Source of the DNA: Bugula neritina
Taxonomy: Eukaryota; Animalia; Bryozoa
Assembly (NCBI GenBank): GCA_964035545.1
Contig: OZ037766.1
Location: 27,821,673 to 27,885,672 of the forward strand
Length of the DNA stretch: 64,000 bases
Direction of reading: 5' to 3'
Each line of letters starts with the position of its first letter. The first letter of the stretch is position 1. Positions 31,401 through 46,450 of the stretch are shown here, one piece after another. The translations under genes were made by a program, and so were the position numbers. The notes below the pieces were generated by a model. It was given only the letters and a program-made list of their open reading frames with translations, made no database searches and was not told the origin of the DNA.

Positions 31401-34020
31401 TGTTTTGATGGCTGTTTAAGTTTTAGCAGCAAAGTATCTTTCAGTTGAAACTATGATAAGCTAGCATGGCTATCTAGATATAGTGCGAATCTATAACATT
31501 TATTGTAGTTTAGGTTGGTTTTATAAAACTAAACTTTATTACAACTACCTGAAAGAGTTGGTACTCTCGATTGTGCTTTATTGTGTAGGTTAGTGCATCA
31601 TAGAACAACAAAATTTTCTGTAAGACAAATAAAACTGTGAATCAATGATGCAGTGTTACACATTGCCCATTTTTGATTTGCACATTTTTATAAAAAGTGT
31701 AAAATGTTGTTATACATAACACAATGTTTCAGTGCTAGCAACTAACTTCTCAAATGGTTTAAGTTTTTTTTGTATTTCGCAGAAGAATCTTGAGAACATA
31801 CTTGAACTTTTTGCAATAGAGCTTTAAATTGCATTATTATGTATTATAACTATGTAAAATCTTGTAGATTTATTCAAATGGTAATTATTCTTTCCTTATT
31901 AGGTTTACCTGATTATTGAAACAAGTAAAATATGTGTATTAAAAAATAAAGAAATTTGAATTATTTATTTAATCAGAGTCTACCCTAACTTGAGAAATTT
32001 TGCCAACTAAAAACCTTCCTCCTTGAAAGCTACGGCTATTTTTTTATTATAAGAAACCATGAATCAATTTAAATTTATGCTCAAAAATCACAGTTATCAT
32101 TCCTCGTTTAGTTTTATGGTAATTTCATTATTTTGTTTAAAACATTTTAATTATAAATAAATAACTGATCAGGGGTATAATTGAAATGCACTCTAGATTT
32201 GCTGCATTCTGCAATACCACCAGTACTCTTTATATAAACTTTAGATTCAAACCAAATATGATTCAATTTAAATATGCTCCATATTAATAACTTTAGGGAC
32301 CCCGTACAGGATGTAAATTAATAATACCCTGACATGAGCATAACGCCCTGTCTAGTATGTCGAAGTAACACCAATTTTGCTTTGAATAATTTATTAAGAA
32401 TGGAGAGGTTATAAACATTGTCATACAGATGATTGGTTCATAAGAGACAGTCTAATGAAATGCTTAGCTTTATTATTCTTGATCATTCTTTATACTATTG
32501 CTTCTTGTTTTTCAGCATTCTACATCTAAAACAATAACAACGAAAAGATGCTTTAAACGATTGAGTAGCCTAATTATAGAGCTGAAAGTTGAAAGTTATG
32601 ATGAAAATGTCACTGAAGATTTCTAAACTTTTCATTGTTATAACTTTATTAATGTCATTTACACATTACACGCACCTTTTAAAAATTGGCAAAAATATTG
32701 AATATTAAGTAGTCCATCATAACAAAACGGACATAAGTTTAAATATCTGCAACAAAAAACTGTAGAATTCTGTAAACTCATCAATGAAAGGCTGGATGTT
32801 AGTGGTTCAAGATGGCAAGCATGAAAAGGATATGTAACTAGAAGTATGACTAGCTGGAAATGCCTACTCTCACATTTCAAGTCTTCAAGATACATGGTTG
32901 TATGCAGATTACCGGGAGTGGCAACATCAGAATGGAAGGTTGACATAGGCTGTAATATATTCGTGGGATGATTGATGACTCATTAAAACGACATTGCCAA
33001 TTTATACACATGTGGCTGAAAAAGCAAGCTCACTTATTTCATTTTGGCATGACATGAATTTTTCAATTATTTTTTCATTTATATTCAAGAAAATGCAAAA
33101 AAATAAAAATAATGTTCAACTATACATAATTTGTTATAGCCTGATATGGAATAAAACAAAAAGGCCTCCCACTTGCTACTGTAGCCTATCCACAAGTGTT
33201 AGGAGTTGGCTATGTGGTTGCCTTTTGCCTGCTTTGATTCTCTGTTTATCAAACATTGCTTACTTATTATATAAATGATTAGGGTATATGAATCCAATTT
33301 AAATTCTTTTGGAGAAAGCGGCCTTGCTAAGAAAGTGAAAAAAAGGAAGGAGTTGGTAAGAATTTTGAGTCATGGTGTCAGAGAGTTATTCGACATGACT
33401 CAAGCAGTTCAAATGAAGGAGTGATGATTGTCTTGTTGACTCACATTTGGCACTTGTTTTTTTTCAAAACACACACTTTCTAAAACATCTACTATGATGA
33501 GTATAATTATTGTGTGTTAGTTTACTCAATAATGCTACGATGCCTACTCTAGCATATGTGCTAAACCTCAGAGCAATGATATCTTCATGAAAACCTTATG
33601 TAAGAAAGATTCTGTATATTGATAAAAAATCTCACTTGAAAAATTTTGCCCAAGTTTAGCTTGCTTCAGTTTCTTTTTTTTTCTTCCATTGTGTTATATA
33701 CTATTCACCAAGTAAAAATTCATTTCCACAACCACACATTAAGGTCTAGAGCTTCTGGTAAGCACTGTTTTGCAGTTTGCCAGGATTAGAAGATTATTTT
33801 AAACTTTGTAAAAGTAATGGTCAAAGAAGGCTTAAGAATCTTCTGTCAATCGGTAGCTTGGTTAGTAATGACCAAGTATTATGTGTGACATGTTGGAAAG
33901 GTTATAAATTATTATAATATGATATACATCATACCTATAACTTATTAGACCTTGGTCATGGCCTGCTTTAGAATAATAGGCATATAGTTATCACAGTGTG
34001 AGAAATTGAATTTATGTATA

Positions 34021-34039
34021 GGGGGGGGGGGGGGGGGGG
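34021..34039. repeat. Poly-G tract (19 nt)
   Basis: Directly visible. Confidence 0.9.
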
Positions 34040-34359
34040 ACTGAGAGGCAGTGTTTGTGTCATTAGGTTTAGCATAAGTGATTGTGAATTAAATAGAAAA
34101 TTGTGATTATTTGACTAAACTTCAATGTTTTAACACTACTTATTGCTAGTGATAACTTATGCATTTTAACAGTTTTATCCTAAATTGGCAAATGAATTGC
34201 AAAAAGATAATGGCCCAGTTTATAAAGTATATAGTATTATGCAATTTAGAGTAGTTCTAACTTAGGTAAGCATTAAGCTTCCTACAGCATGTCATAGGTG
34301 TTGTATTTAGCTGGCATCAATTACCAATGCCTAAGCTGTAGTAATTATTTTACTTAGCA

Positions 34360-34430
34360 GCCCCTGTGGTGTAATTGGTTAGCGCCTGCTTGCAAGCCGG
34401 AGGTCTGTGGTTCGAATCCCAGTGGGGGCA
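34360..34430 (+). pseudogene. Degenerate tRNA-like gene (tRNA pseudogene or SINE head)
   Basis: Acceptor stem GCCCCTG/TGGGGGC, A-box TGGTGTAATTGG, B-box GGTTCGAATCC, and a T7 run immediately downstream. The anticodon arm is about 3 nt short and the T-stem has a bulge, so it is not a canonical tRNA. Confidence 0.65.
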
Positions 34431-37400
34431 AAGTTTTTTTACATAAATGACAGATACACACCCAATATTTTGTCTATTTAGTTTTGCCAATTGCAAAAAG
34501 TACTTCATTTGTGTAATTATTGCACAACTAAAACCAGAAAAATCCATGATACAATTCCCATTTATAAGCAAACAAATTTTAGCGTTCACTAATATATTCC
34601 CATATTATATGTATACCAGAGTATTCATGGGTTAATGAGTGAAAGATAAACAATATGTAGCATGATGTTTTGTAACATGCATGCTTTTTTATTATTTAGA
34701 TTCTTTTGTAAAGAGACAGACTGCTCTAACAAACCTTATCAAAACTAGGGTTGGTTATAATTGTGTATATAGGTTTCAAATTAGGGAAAAGCTATCCGGC
34801 AGTTGGTTATAACTTTTTTTGTCTACTAGAAACTGATAAGGGAATTGGCTCAGAGTTTCATATTTGCAATCTTTCCAATGCAATTTCTTTCATGCCTGAA
34901 ATCAACTTAAATAAGATGGTTATTCAGTTATACAATAAAGTAATGGTAGTAAACAAGCAATGCAAAAACCACTGCAATTTAGTCATTGCTGTATAAATAA
35001 TAACAATGTCAAAAAACTCATGCACTGCATAGAAAGTAATACTAAAAAAATATGGGCATAAATAACAATTAAAGTGACACATGCAGTTTGGTGTTATAAG
35101 CTAGAATGATAATAGTAATACAATCACAACCCGTATTATATAAGTATCCGATATATAAAAAAGTTTATTTTATTTAAATTATTTCGAGCAAAAACTATTG
35201 CCCTAAAATTTTATTAAGTAATGGTTGCAAACAGCATATGTCTAACTAATATTATATATGCTACCTCATAAGCAGCAAAAATTTGTACTTGCAGAAAAAA
35301 GAAAAATATGTTTACCGAAGCTTTAATTGCAGTAAACAGCAAAAAATTAGTTCCTATATTTACTCAGCACTGCAGACCTAAACATTGTAGGAAAAGCCTA
35401 AATAATTTCGTTTCTCTCCTAGCTTAGAATTTCCTATTACTTCTTAATTTATTAACTGCCTTAGAAAAATGCAGCCCTCCTAAAAAACCAAGAAAAGTTC
35501 CCTAACTATATCATATACCCTTGAATCAGTAAGACCAGCTGAGATTAGCTGGCACTGGTTACGAAAAATAAAAATAGCTTTAAACTAGCAAAAAATATGT
35601 CAAAGAGAAATTGCAAGTATAAAGCTTAGCAGTTCCGGAAATATTGTGAATGATTAGAATAAGCTTTTTGCTTGAAGGTAACGCAGTTGTTGACAGACAA
35701 CTTTTTGCCGTGACACGATATACACAACTTCGTGGCACATGACATTACTCTAACAAAAAATGTTCAAAGTGTTCTTTAATGACTAATAGATTTTTTACAA
35801 TAACATTTTGTATCAGAAACAATTATTTACATACAGGTGTTTATATGACGCTTGGTGAACTCCAAAGTTATAGGTGTATCCGTTAGGAAAAGTGGCAGTT
35901 GCTAAAAGTTACAAACATAATGGTTCATTGCTTCATGCAAAATACTATACACTATGGAAAAACTAAAATAAATATCACCTTGCTTTGGGATTTTTATGCT
36001 CTTCTTCACACTGTTTGCATTATGAAAAAAATAAGGATCTAGTGTTTACTAAATACAAATGCTTATAACACTTATATAGTGAGGTAAAGATACCAATATT
36101 TCAACAACTCAAACTCTGCAATTGTCTAGGTAAAAGCTTACTAAAATAAAATAGCTGAACGGATATAATTTTTGTGTGGTAAGATAATATAAAATTGAAT
36201 AAATGTAAATACTATAAATAATTTTTCTGGAAGCTAAATACAATAAGATAAAAATTGAAATGCACTACTATTCTAGTTTTATAAGTGGAGTTTAGTTAGG
36301 CTATAACATAAGAAAAAAAACAACACTCATGTTAATGTTTGCAATATGCTAAACAGTTAATTTTTTCAATTAGATTGTTTTTTAGAAGTGAAACCATTTT
36401 TTTGAAAATCTCAAAAAGTGTGTTTTAAAAAAGTGTAACAAAATAAGTTAGTAAAATTTAGGTAAAAAATAAAGTTTTTATGAAACATTTGTTTTTGATA
36501 AACAAAAAACCTCAAATGTACCACCAGCTAGCCACAAGCTTTAGTAAATGTGTTATGGTCCTGATTTAAATAACACCATGATTGTCTTAGACATTATGTA
36601 ATACTGCATAATTATTGTATTATGTAATAGGTTTAGCTGTTACATAATACTGAATTTATTGTGAATATTCCATTTAAGAGGTTATTATTAGACAACAATA
36701 GCAGCTTTGCCACAGCTAATGATATTTAAATTGTAAGCATTAATTAAATTATTGGCAACAAGAAAAAACATTTCCATAAGTTGACAAGCCCACTTTCAAT
36801 CAACACTCACATTAGACACATGTCAAAACACCTGTTTTACATTTCACATTGGAAACAAAAAATGATCCTGCCATTATATTGGACAAGTTTTGCGGTTCGA
36901 AAACATTCTTAACTTTTTACAAATTTCTAAATTAATGGTTTAAGAAAAAATTTTGTCAAAGAGGCATATATAGGTGTGAATTGGTTGTGTACTTTGTTTA
37001 GACGAGGTTCAATCATGCAATTGATAAGATATTCTAGTTCACTCTTTGAACTTAATTATGAACTTATAGGCAGGTAGCATTTTTATAAGCATATAATACT
37101 TATTGGTATTACGGTTCAAGATGATCTGATGAATTGATTATTTTGTGATAGAAACAACTATAAAACATTGTTACCTACTTTTATGCTATATGCCCAGTGC
37201 AGTAAAATTATTCAATTAAATTACTGATTTGATACTTTGTGCACAAAGTCATGGTTTTAACTCAATCTTCCAATTGATATAATTTATAACTCATTTCTTA
37301 TTTAGAAATCAATAGACTTTAGCTTTACAATGTGCATTCAAAGTCTTAATATCAAAACCTCAAACAAATGGTCAAGACAAATTTCTATATCAATGGAGAG

Positions 37401-37645
37401 CTCAGCAACTAAATTGAAAGAAATGAAATTCAAAACACAAAAACCTTCTTGAAAGTGTCGTTTGTAAAGTTTTCTTTATAAAGTTCCAGTACCAAAGTGA
37501 CCTCTTTAATCTAAAAGTAAATACTTTGCTAAATTTTAGTTTGAATCTATAATTTACTCTCAATGTAATGTGTGTAGTGTATTTTATGAACCTGATAAAT
37601 TGGTAGTAGAGGATTAAATAACTTTTGTTTCACTAGAAATTGCAC

Positions 37646-37838
<193 letters not shown>

Positions 37839-39663
37839 CTTGAAGTAGTTAGTGCAGTTTACTACTAGAGAGGGCTTAATATTATCAATCAATAATAGAG
37901 CTTGTTATAAAACTATAGTGTAGATAAAATGCAATAGTTAAAATCTAAAAAAACATTTTATTACTAGTATTTTCGTATCTAAAGTTGATACTCGTCAGAT
38001 ATATATAGAACATTTGAGAAAAAGTTAATTAATTATTCATACTTTTTAGTTGACAAACTTCTACCCCTTACTAATTAAAGAACATGTACGCTTGCATAGT
38101 GGTCCTGAATAGGTATCTTGTACTTTAAAACTAATTTAAATGCAAATGTAAGAGAATAAAAGTGCTGCTTTGTAGTTGAAAAAGAATAAGTTCCGTGTAA
38201 GAAAACAAAACTTACAAGTAGGAACAGCTGCATGGGAAACCAAACATTGACAGATCTAACAAATGTGATATCACAATAAGTTTTTTGAATGACTAAAACA
38301 TGTGAATGCCATTGTAGAATAAAATTTAGCCTGAGCAATAAACTGATGAATAATGCATTTACCATTGGGTCTAGCATTGCTGACAAAAAATATCCTTCAT
38401 ACACACTGAGGAAGCAACTTTAAAATTTACTAAAATACAGCTGAAGCTTTTGAAAGCAAACAGCTTTTTTGCAAAGATGGACGAATCTATACTTCAACTA
38501 CTTAATTGATTTTTGCAGTTAATAAAATATTGCCAAACCTGTTGACCTGCTTGAAGGGATTCAGGTATACGTCACAAGAAATAATTGCAAAATTATATTT
38601 TCAAAAACATATTAGCAAATTATGTTTATAGAGTGGAATGAATTGATACCTACTCTAGTTTTACAAACCTATTCACGGTAGGCACATATAAGGTGCTTGC
38701 TTCCACTCTACAGGCAATTAAGGAAAATCTGTTATACTCTTAGTAGATGAATATCTCAGCTTACTAGCTACACATTATGCTGTTACTGTAAAGAAATAAA
38801 CACTAACATTTGAGAAATCAGTTATTAGATCTGTAACTAGTAGCTTTCACTGATTGATGTTCCAACTTTCATTAAGAAATAGACAATAAATGACAGAACT
38901 ACTGATCTTGGCATATTTAGAACCATTTATGTGAAACGAATTAACCATAGAAATAAATTTGATTGATAAACTTTTTTTCACCTTCTACTGCCATGTCCTG
39001 ATGGGCTAGTTTGTTTGATGAGCTAACAAAAAAAATTAAATACATGGAATTTTAGTACCTAGAGTTTTATATATCAGCTTATAATATCCTAAAAAAAACA
39101 TGTAAATTTGATATTTACAAAAACATAGTTTTACAGTTAGAACTAGTAAAGTGTTATGGTCAGAGGAAGTAGTTCTGGACTGATATTTGTTTGTTTGCTA
39201 CATTAAAATTCTGCTTTTTACGCCAAAAAATATTAATTCCTGTGTTAGCTTTGGTTGAACATTTTTAAAACACCAGCATTGAAAAAGAACATACCTGTAA
39301 ATTGGAAAAATTATAGATCTAGTTGCAGCAAAATGCCAAACAAGTTCAAATACTGCAAATATGTCAACTAAATTATTTTGTAAAAACTGGCCACGTCAGA
39401 TTTTACAACTAAAATTGACTTTCAACAGAAGAGTATATTGTTGACTTGGTGCTTTTCCCAGTGTATACTTAGAATTAAAAACATTAAAGTATTTCTTTCT
39501 ATTATTACTATACCGAGTGTACCTTTTATGTATTAGTACAAAGCTCAACCTTAATGTATGAATTGTTATTAATGGTGAGATTTGCAGATTTTTCCGCCAA
39601 TATTTTTACTACAGTTATAATGCTAGATAAGACAGGCAGCATTTCTTTAAGAAAAAATAAAAA

Positions 39664-39838
39664 TCTGGTTCAGGGGTTAGAGCCCGACAAAGGCCATTGG
39701 TGATGTTAAGAAGAGTATCTATAGTCATAATTGCTCCTGTGCCTTATCTGAATAAGTCTATAGCCTGACTTAACAAAAAACCTTTCCATCAGGGGTTTTC
39801 TCACAGGGATGGCGACTATAAACTTCCGGGAGTGAGTC
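39664..39838 (+). mobile_element. tRNA-derived SINE, family copy 4 (internal deletion in the head)
   Basis: TGGTTCAGGGGTTAGAGC joined directly to CCGACAAAGGCCATTGGTGATGTTAAGAAGAG...TCTCACAGGGATGGCGACTATAAAC. Confidence 0.8.
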
Positions 39839-42800
39839 TAAGCAATTGTAACAAATTAAGTTCTAATCAACCAGTAGTAAGTTTACTACCTTAGATAGGT
39901 CAGACGTGCAGACTAATAAATAAAGCCACATACAGACTAATTCGGCTTACAGTGTCAACATAAAGTTTAATAATACTTTTTAAAATAGATATTAATGAAT
40001 TTGCAACTATTTAACTTTATAATGTTTTAAAGCTATACCAAGTTTAATCAGCAAGAATCGAGTTAACCGGATCTATTGAAGTCATAATTTACTTCCGAGC
40101 TACTAGTCTGAGAAATAATGACAGTATGATTAGAATGTTTCTTGGTTTCTCATTTGCAAAGCATGAGCAGGTCAAATTACCTGATTGATTAGAAGTGTTG
40201 AGGTAAGGTCATCAAGTCTGTTACATAATTGAACTGTCTGGCTACAAGTGTTAAAAAGTAAATCCTGCCTAACCTTAATCTTCTATTGCATAATGTATAA
40301 TATATAGGATGCCCTCTACTGAAGGTAATGGTGATAAATGGATATAATTTATAAATAATCTATGCTATTAGTTGGCAAAAAATTCAGTCTCCTTTTTTTA
40401 AGCTCAACTTGAACTTTCTAGATTATAGAATACCAAAGCAGGTAAAAAATGTTATAATACATTGTTACCTGCGTTTTTAATTTGCTGTTTAGCTAGAAAT
40501 ATTGCTAATATGCTTTACAAGTTTAACAAAGTAACTTTGCAGATTTTGCAAAATATGTTGTTTATTCATTTATGCTTTTAATGTATAGCTCACCATTATT
40601 TTAAGTTCAAGTTGTAAAAAAACTGTTTGTGAAAATCTTTGACCTCAAAACAAATCTTGTAAGCATAGCTAATTCAGCTCACTGTAATCTTTCACTGAAT
40701 AGTGGTGGGTGTACAGAGCTTTTTATAAGTGTTTTATGTTTAAAACCGGTTTGATTAAAAATGTCAAAAATAATTATTCACAACTACTGAAACTTGCAAA
40801 AGAGTTTATAATAATTGAAAGGCAGCTGGTTATAACAGCACGTGCTGAATAAAAGAGAGGGTCAAGTTTGATTAGTAGTAATGATATTGATAATAAAGTG
40901 CTGCTATTATTAACTTTTAATATATTCACTAATTTTCTAGTATTAAGGAAGAACTAGTGTTTTTACATGCACATATAATTATGTGTGGGACTAAATAATT
41001 TACCAAGTTTGACAGCTAATTTACATAAACTTTGCTTAGTCAGAAGTAGAAGCTATTTTTGATGTTCCTTTGTAACTTCAAGCGTTTATTCAAGCAAAAT
41101 CTGCTAATTATAAAAACTAATCTTCAAGTTTAAAGAAAAATTCATTGTAAATAAACTTAAGACTTTAATGACCCAAGGCTTATCTTCCCTTCTTTTTCCT
41201 ATACCAAATTTCAAGCTGTCTTACCTCAAGTTCAAATAATTATGATTAGTTTTTTTAATGCAACAGCTAACCTATGTAAAGTTATATACCTGCTAAAAGT
41301 AATCATCCCTAAAGCAAAGATGTTAATTTTTGTGAGGCATAATTTTTTTGTGTTTTTAGTCGTTAGTTTAGTTTGAAATTATAATATGGTACATCCAAAA
41401 TTAAACTTATTTCTGAACAAAGTTGCATTTGTGTTTTAAGATGTTAAAAATGGCTATAAAGAGATTATTTGTTAAACACCTAACCGTTGTTTTTACTCTG
41501 TTTTTCATGACACATTATATTTCACAGAAATATCAAATCTATTTTCATACTAACAATTAACTATTTCATATACGACTTATTATATATATATAATATAATA
41601 TATAGAACATTCTAGTGAGCTTCACACCTGCATCTTGTTGGATTATACATCTTGTTGGGGCTACTGCAGTCAGATTAGTTGAACTAATAGCAACACAACT
41701 TTTAATTAAGGAGGAAAGCTTCCTTATAACCATGTTGAATCCTAAAACAAGTTTAAACTGCTGCATGGAAACTTCTCATTCTTTATAGTAACCTGTTTTG
41801 CACTCTAGAGGTGTGATTCTCTCAATTAGCAAGGACGTGATAGCCAGGCTTAGCTACTTTCATGTCACTTTGCTATCTCCAAAACGTTTTAGTATTATTA
41901 AACAATTACCTAGCTGGCAAATTGTGCAACTGGCAGTTTGGGCAACAAAACCTATACACACTCATAAATAATGAATATATAGGCAAAAAATACACTCACT
42001 TTCAATGTGAGCGCAACCAGAGAATTTCCTCAATTATGCATAATGTCACAAAAGATTTTTTGTCATTATATAAATTTATTTACTTCCAGTAATTTTTTCA
42101 AAAAAAAGTATTTTTTGGCAAACAAGGCAACAATTGTGCATGCTGTACATTGGTTTGAGACCTTTGGCAAAAAAGGTGTGTAGCCTCAGGGTTAAAGTAA
42201 TACAAGTTAAGTTTGGTGCAGTCAAGGGTTTTAGCTATTAATTACCATACTTCTTGGCTAGAATAGCTTATAGATAGGCTAAATTTAATTTGAATTTTTT
42301 TTCATCTCATTCTATCATTTTAATACTTTTGTGTAGTGTAAAAAAAAACAATAGGTATAATGCATTAAAGTATTACATTGTTTGTAGGAGGTGCCAGAAT
42401 ATGCTTTTATAAGCAATTATTCTATTTAGAGGAATGTGATTTTTTTAGCATGCTACATTTAAAAAAAAATATAATATCAAATACATTTTATAAATACACC
42501 AATAAGTTATTATATACTGTAATTCAAGTGCTAAAGTTTTCTGGTACATCCAACAGTTTTGTAGCTATATAGATAGTTTATTTGAAAAAAAATCTTTTTC
42601 TCCAAACAGTATTGGTTAAAAATTAATTTTAAAGTATTTTATATAAATTTGAACTCCAACATATGTAGTGTAGCAACATGTTTTTTAGTTGGGTTTACTG
42701 CACTTACAGGTACCCATCATCATAGTTATTCTCTTTCCTTCTTAAAGTTGACTGGTCACTATATTTAGCAGTCCTCTTTCAGGTTTCAATTTTATAATTC

Positions 42801-45800
42801 TTTTTCAAAACAGTCACACATTGTAGAAAATGATAAGTAGATTTTTAAAATAAAATAATTTTAAACAGTCAGGAAACCTTACCTTATGTGGTAGAGTCTA
42901 TTGAATCACATCAGATGGTGAGGAGATTGTTAGGATGAAATATTTCTAACTCGTTGACCTGAATCATACTTTTTTGCTTAATTTATAGCAATTTTTTGCA
43001 GTATAACTGAACAGGGATTTAAATTTGCTTTTGTCTGCTTCCATTTTAAATCATCAAAATAAAAAAAGTTTTGTAAAAGGCTTTGGCTTTTTTAAATTTC
43101 AAAATCTATTATACCTGTAAAAATTTCAATCAGCTGTCTAAGAATAGTATCTAGGCATAAATATATTACGTCAGTTAGTGCCACCATATCTAGAGTATTT
43201 CTGGTAATGTGGGTGACATACGTGGGAATTTGGAACAGGTGCTCTAAGGACACCCATGTTGATATGCCACACCCTGTAACTCAGTATGCTAGGCAGCATT
43301 ATGTAACATCAAGTGTCATCTTGGTGACTCATTCACTTTGCTCAACTGAACAATGATTAAAATATGGAAGACATAATTTAAATAATTTAAAACATCTAAA
43401 AACATATCACCTATATAGACAATGCTAAATGTGGTACAAATATAATTGTAAAAAGGTAAAGCTTTATTGGGCTTTTTTATTGCCAAATACTCAAATACTA
43501 ATTTGAACACTGTTATACAATCGGTGCAAATTAAGTGAAAATAATTTCAGTTTTTAGAATCTGAAGGAGAATGTTTCGCATTTATAGTTTTCGCATTCAT
43601 AGTTGCACTAGTTTGAACAAAGCTTACCAAATATATTTTTGTTGTGCTGCCACTAATGATGAGTACTTGTTGTTGAGAAACAAACTAATTAGGTAACAAA
43701 AATTCTGTGATTTTTCCAATTGATTGAGATTTAAAAATTGCAATATTTTTCAACACAAAACAAAACAGAAACACTTTAATTGTGTTTGTACTGAGTTATA
43801 AAATATTTTTGAAAATTCCTCCATACTTCGAAGTGGGACTAGGTTATTTTTCGAGAAATTTAGGTTTATAAATTAACTGGTATCCTTTGTGATTTAAGTA
43901 ACCAAACTCTTAGATATTGCCTATTTACTGTAGTGCATATCCAATACAACCTTTCTATCAGCGGCCCTCTTTTGAAGTCTCAAACCGGTATGGCGTGAAG
44001 CAGCTAACCTGGTAACATTCTGCTTATTCAAACTCTTGCATTTGCCAAGAACACAAGGCTGAAAAGGCCTAAACCTACAACCACTTTGCCAAAGTATTCT
44101 TATATTTAGAGATTAATGCAAACACTGCCCTGGGCACCTCAAAACCTTTCTCTTTGTTTAGAAATAGAGTCTTGAGGGCATGTCAGTTGTGGTTTACACT
44201 TTTTGTTTACCACCGTGGTAACAATGCATACAAATTTGAGTCAAGCAGTAAACTGCTATTTGCAAGCTAATTATTTAAGCATTCAATGTCAAACAAAAGT
44301 CACCATATTTGCACACAGGAAATGTTGCTACTAAAAGTGATAATATTTGCTATAAATGTTGGAAATAAATTTCTAGCTAACTTTGTAAAATTGAATTGGT
44401 AAAATTAATACAGAAACGCACAATATGTTTGCATGGTAACAAAAGCATCAAACAAAACTTGAGCAAATACTGCTCGATAAATAAATACAATACTTTCATA
44501 TTGAAAACTGCAGCAAAATGCACAGCGAGCTTCCTTTCAAACTGATTAAAATATCATAAATCAGTCTTATGTACTTAAACCTCTATTGGGCTGTTTGACA
44601 CGTTGAAGATATTTTTTATGATCATTAGAAAACTTGAAGTCTACTGATCCTAACAATCATATATGTTTTGATTTCTGCAAAAAGGCAAACTTTATTGTGT
44701 CGAGAGATACTGTATGCTATACTCCTTAGAAATATATATTTTATTAGCAAGAATATATTGTAATGAGCAAAAAGATTAATTTTTTTGAGTGGAAAGAAAT
44801 ATTAATTTGTGTTAAAATATATGATATTATTTTATCGCGTATAGAAAAATACATGATTAAGAAAGTGTAATTAATGTAAAATTATTTCACTGCTCAAATT
44901 AATAGATTTACAGACACAATTGTTTTTAATTACCCTTATAGATTTGTCTCCCACTCATTAAAAGTCCAGCTTTCTATAGACATACAAAGTTAAAAATAGT
45001 AGAAGGCTTGTAGGATTTGAATACTTGAATTTTGTATATGGGTATCTTTTGCAAAACTATTCACACCGCCCATGATATTTACTGCTATAACATCAGGTTT
45101 CACAGTGACTCACTTTTTTACTAATTATTTACTTTTGTTGAGGTATATGTAAATGTAGATGGGCAATACTAAATGCATCAACGCTGCTTGGCCGATTGCC
45201 TACATGAGAAAAGCCTGTTATTATAAAAGGTTTGATCATCGAAAGTGGAGATATTTATTGCAACTTTTTATAACTACTAACTTACAATTTAAACAGCCAG
45301 TTGCACAATAATTAGGAGACTACCACAGCCTTTGTGATACTTACACCTAGACATGTTTGTATTTGGTAGGCTTATACAGCTAGTGAACCTAAATGTCTAT
45401 AATAAGTAGATTTATAACATATATTTAAAGCTGACCATTAATAACTTCTTAAGAGATCAACATTTTTCAGACAAACTTCAAAAATAACCACTATTTCACT
45501 TGCTTAGTCACCACTAATACTATGCACAAAAAGTGAAAGTATAAATTGATATTTTTTGCTAGATTCTGTGGGTAAGAAATATGGTATTGTAGACCGCAAA
45601 CATCAGGATGCTAAAATGTCAACTAATTCCTTCAGGTGGTTTTGCAGAGATGATGACTAGCTGAGTTGTAATAAGTAAAGTTGGCAGGTAGTAAATTATA
45701 GAGCAAAGGCTATTTTTAAGCATACATTTTGGTCAGCTAAAAAAGTGATAATTAAGACCACCTGGTGAGAAAATCTTGTAGAGAGTTGATGTTAAATAAA

Positions 45801-46279
45801 AGGACATAAATGATATGGTTACCAAATCTAGCTCCATTGAGTCATCATATAGCTGCTTTCTTTAATAAAGCAGGCTTAGTAAAAGTTTGTTGGAGAAACA
45901 TATTTTTGTTGCTTTTTACTAACATGTGTAAGTTTTTGAAATAATATTTACAATAATATAAAGGGAAATGCACAAAGTTTAGATTTTGCAAGGCTTTTAA
46001 AATTAGAGATTTATTTCATCATTAAAATAATATAACTGCATGCTATTCTTCTTTTATGCACAGTACAAAAGCACAAAATCAACAATAACCAGTCAGTAAT
46101 TAACTTATTTATTCTTTAATAAATTGTCATTAAGGCAATAAATAAAGAATACAATAAAAATCATTGAATAAAGCTTCGGCTCTAAAAAGTTGCTCTTGTT
46201 GCTTATCAATACTTAAACATAGTGATTTTTATAAAAGACAGAATATATAATTTAATTTGATAATGTGCTCTACTATCTA

Positions 46280-46450
46280 AAGTCAGTGGTTCAATCCCCA
46301 GTACAAGCGATTGGTGATGTTGAGATGGCATTCATGCAGTTAAAACTGCTCCTTTGGCGCAATAGAGAGAAAGCCCTTTACCCCCTTAAGACAAAACTTT
46401 TTCCACCAGGGTATCTCACAGGAATGGCGACTATAAACCCGCATGAATGC
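46280..46450 (+). mobile_element. tRNA-derived SINE, family copy 5 (5' truncated)
   Basis: GGTTCAATCCCCAGTAC...ATTGGTGATGTTGAG...TCTCACAGGAATGGCGACTATAAAC. Confidence 0.78.

Noticed and set aside
34360-34430. Functional tRNA (Cys/Ala-like)
   Set aside because: Anticodon arm too short and T-stem bulged; kept only as a tRNA-like relic.
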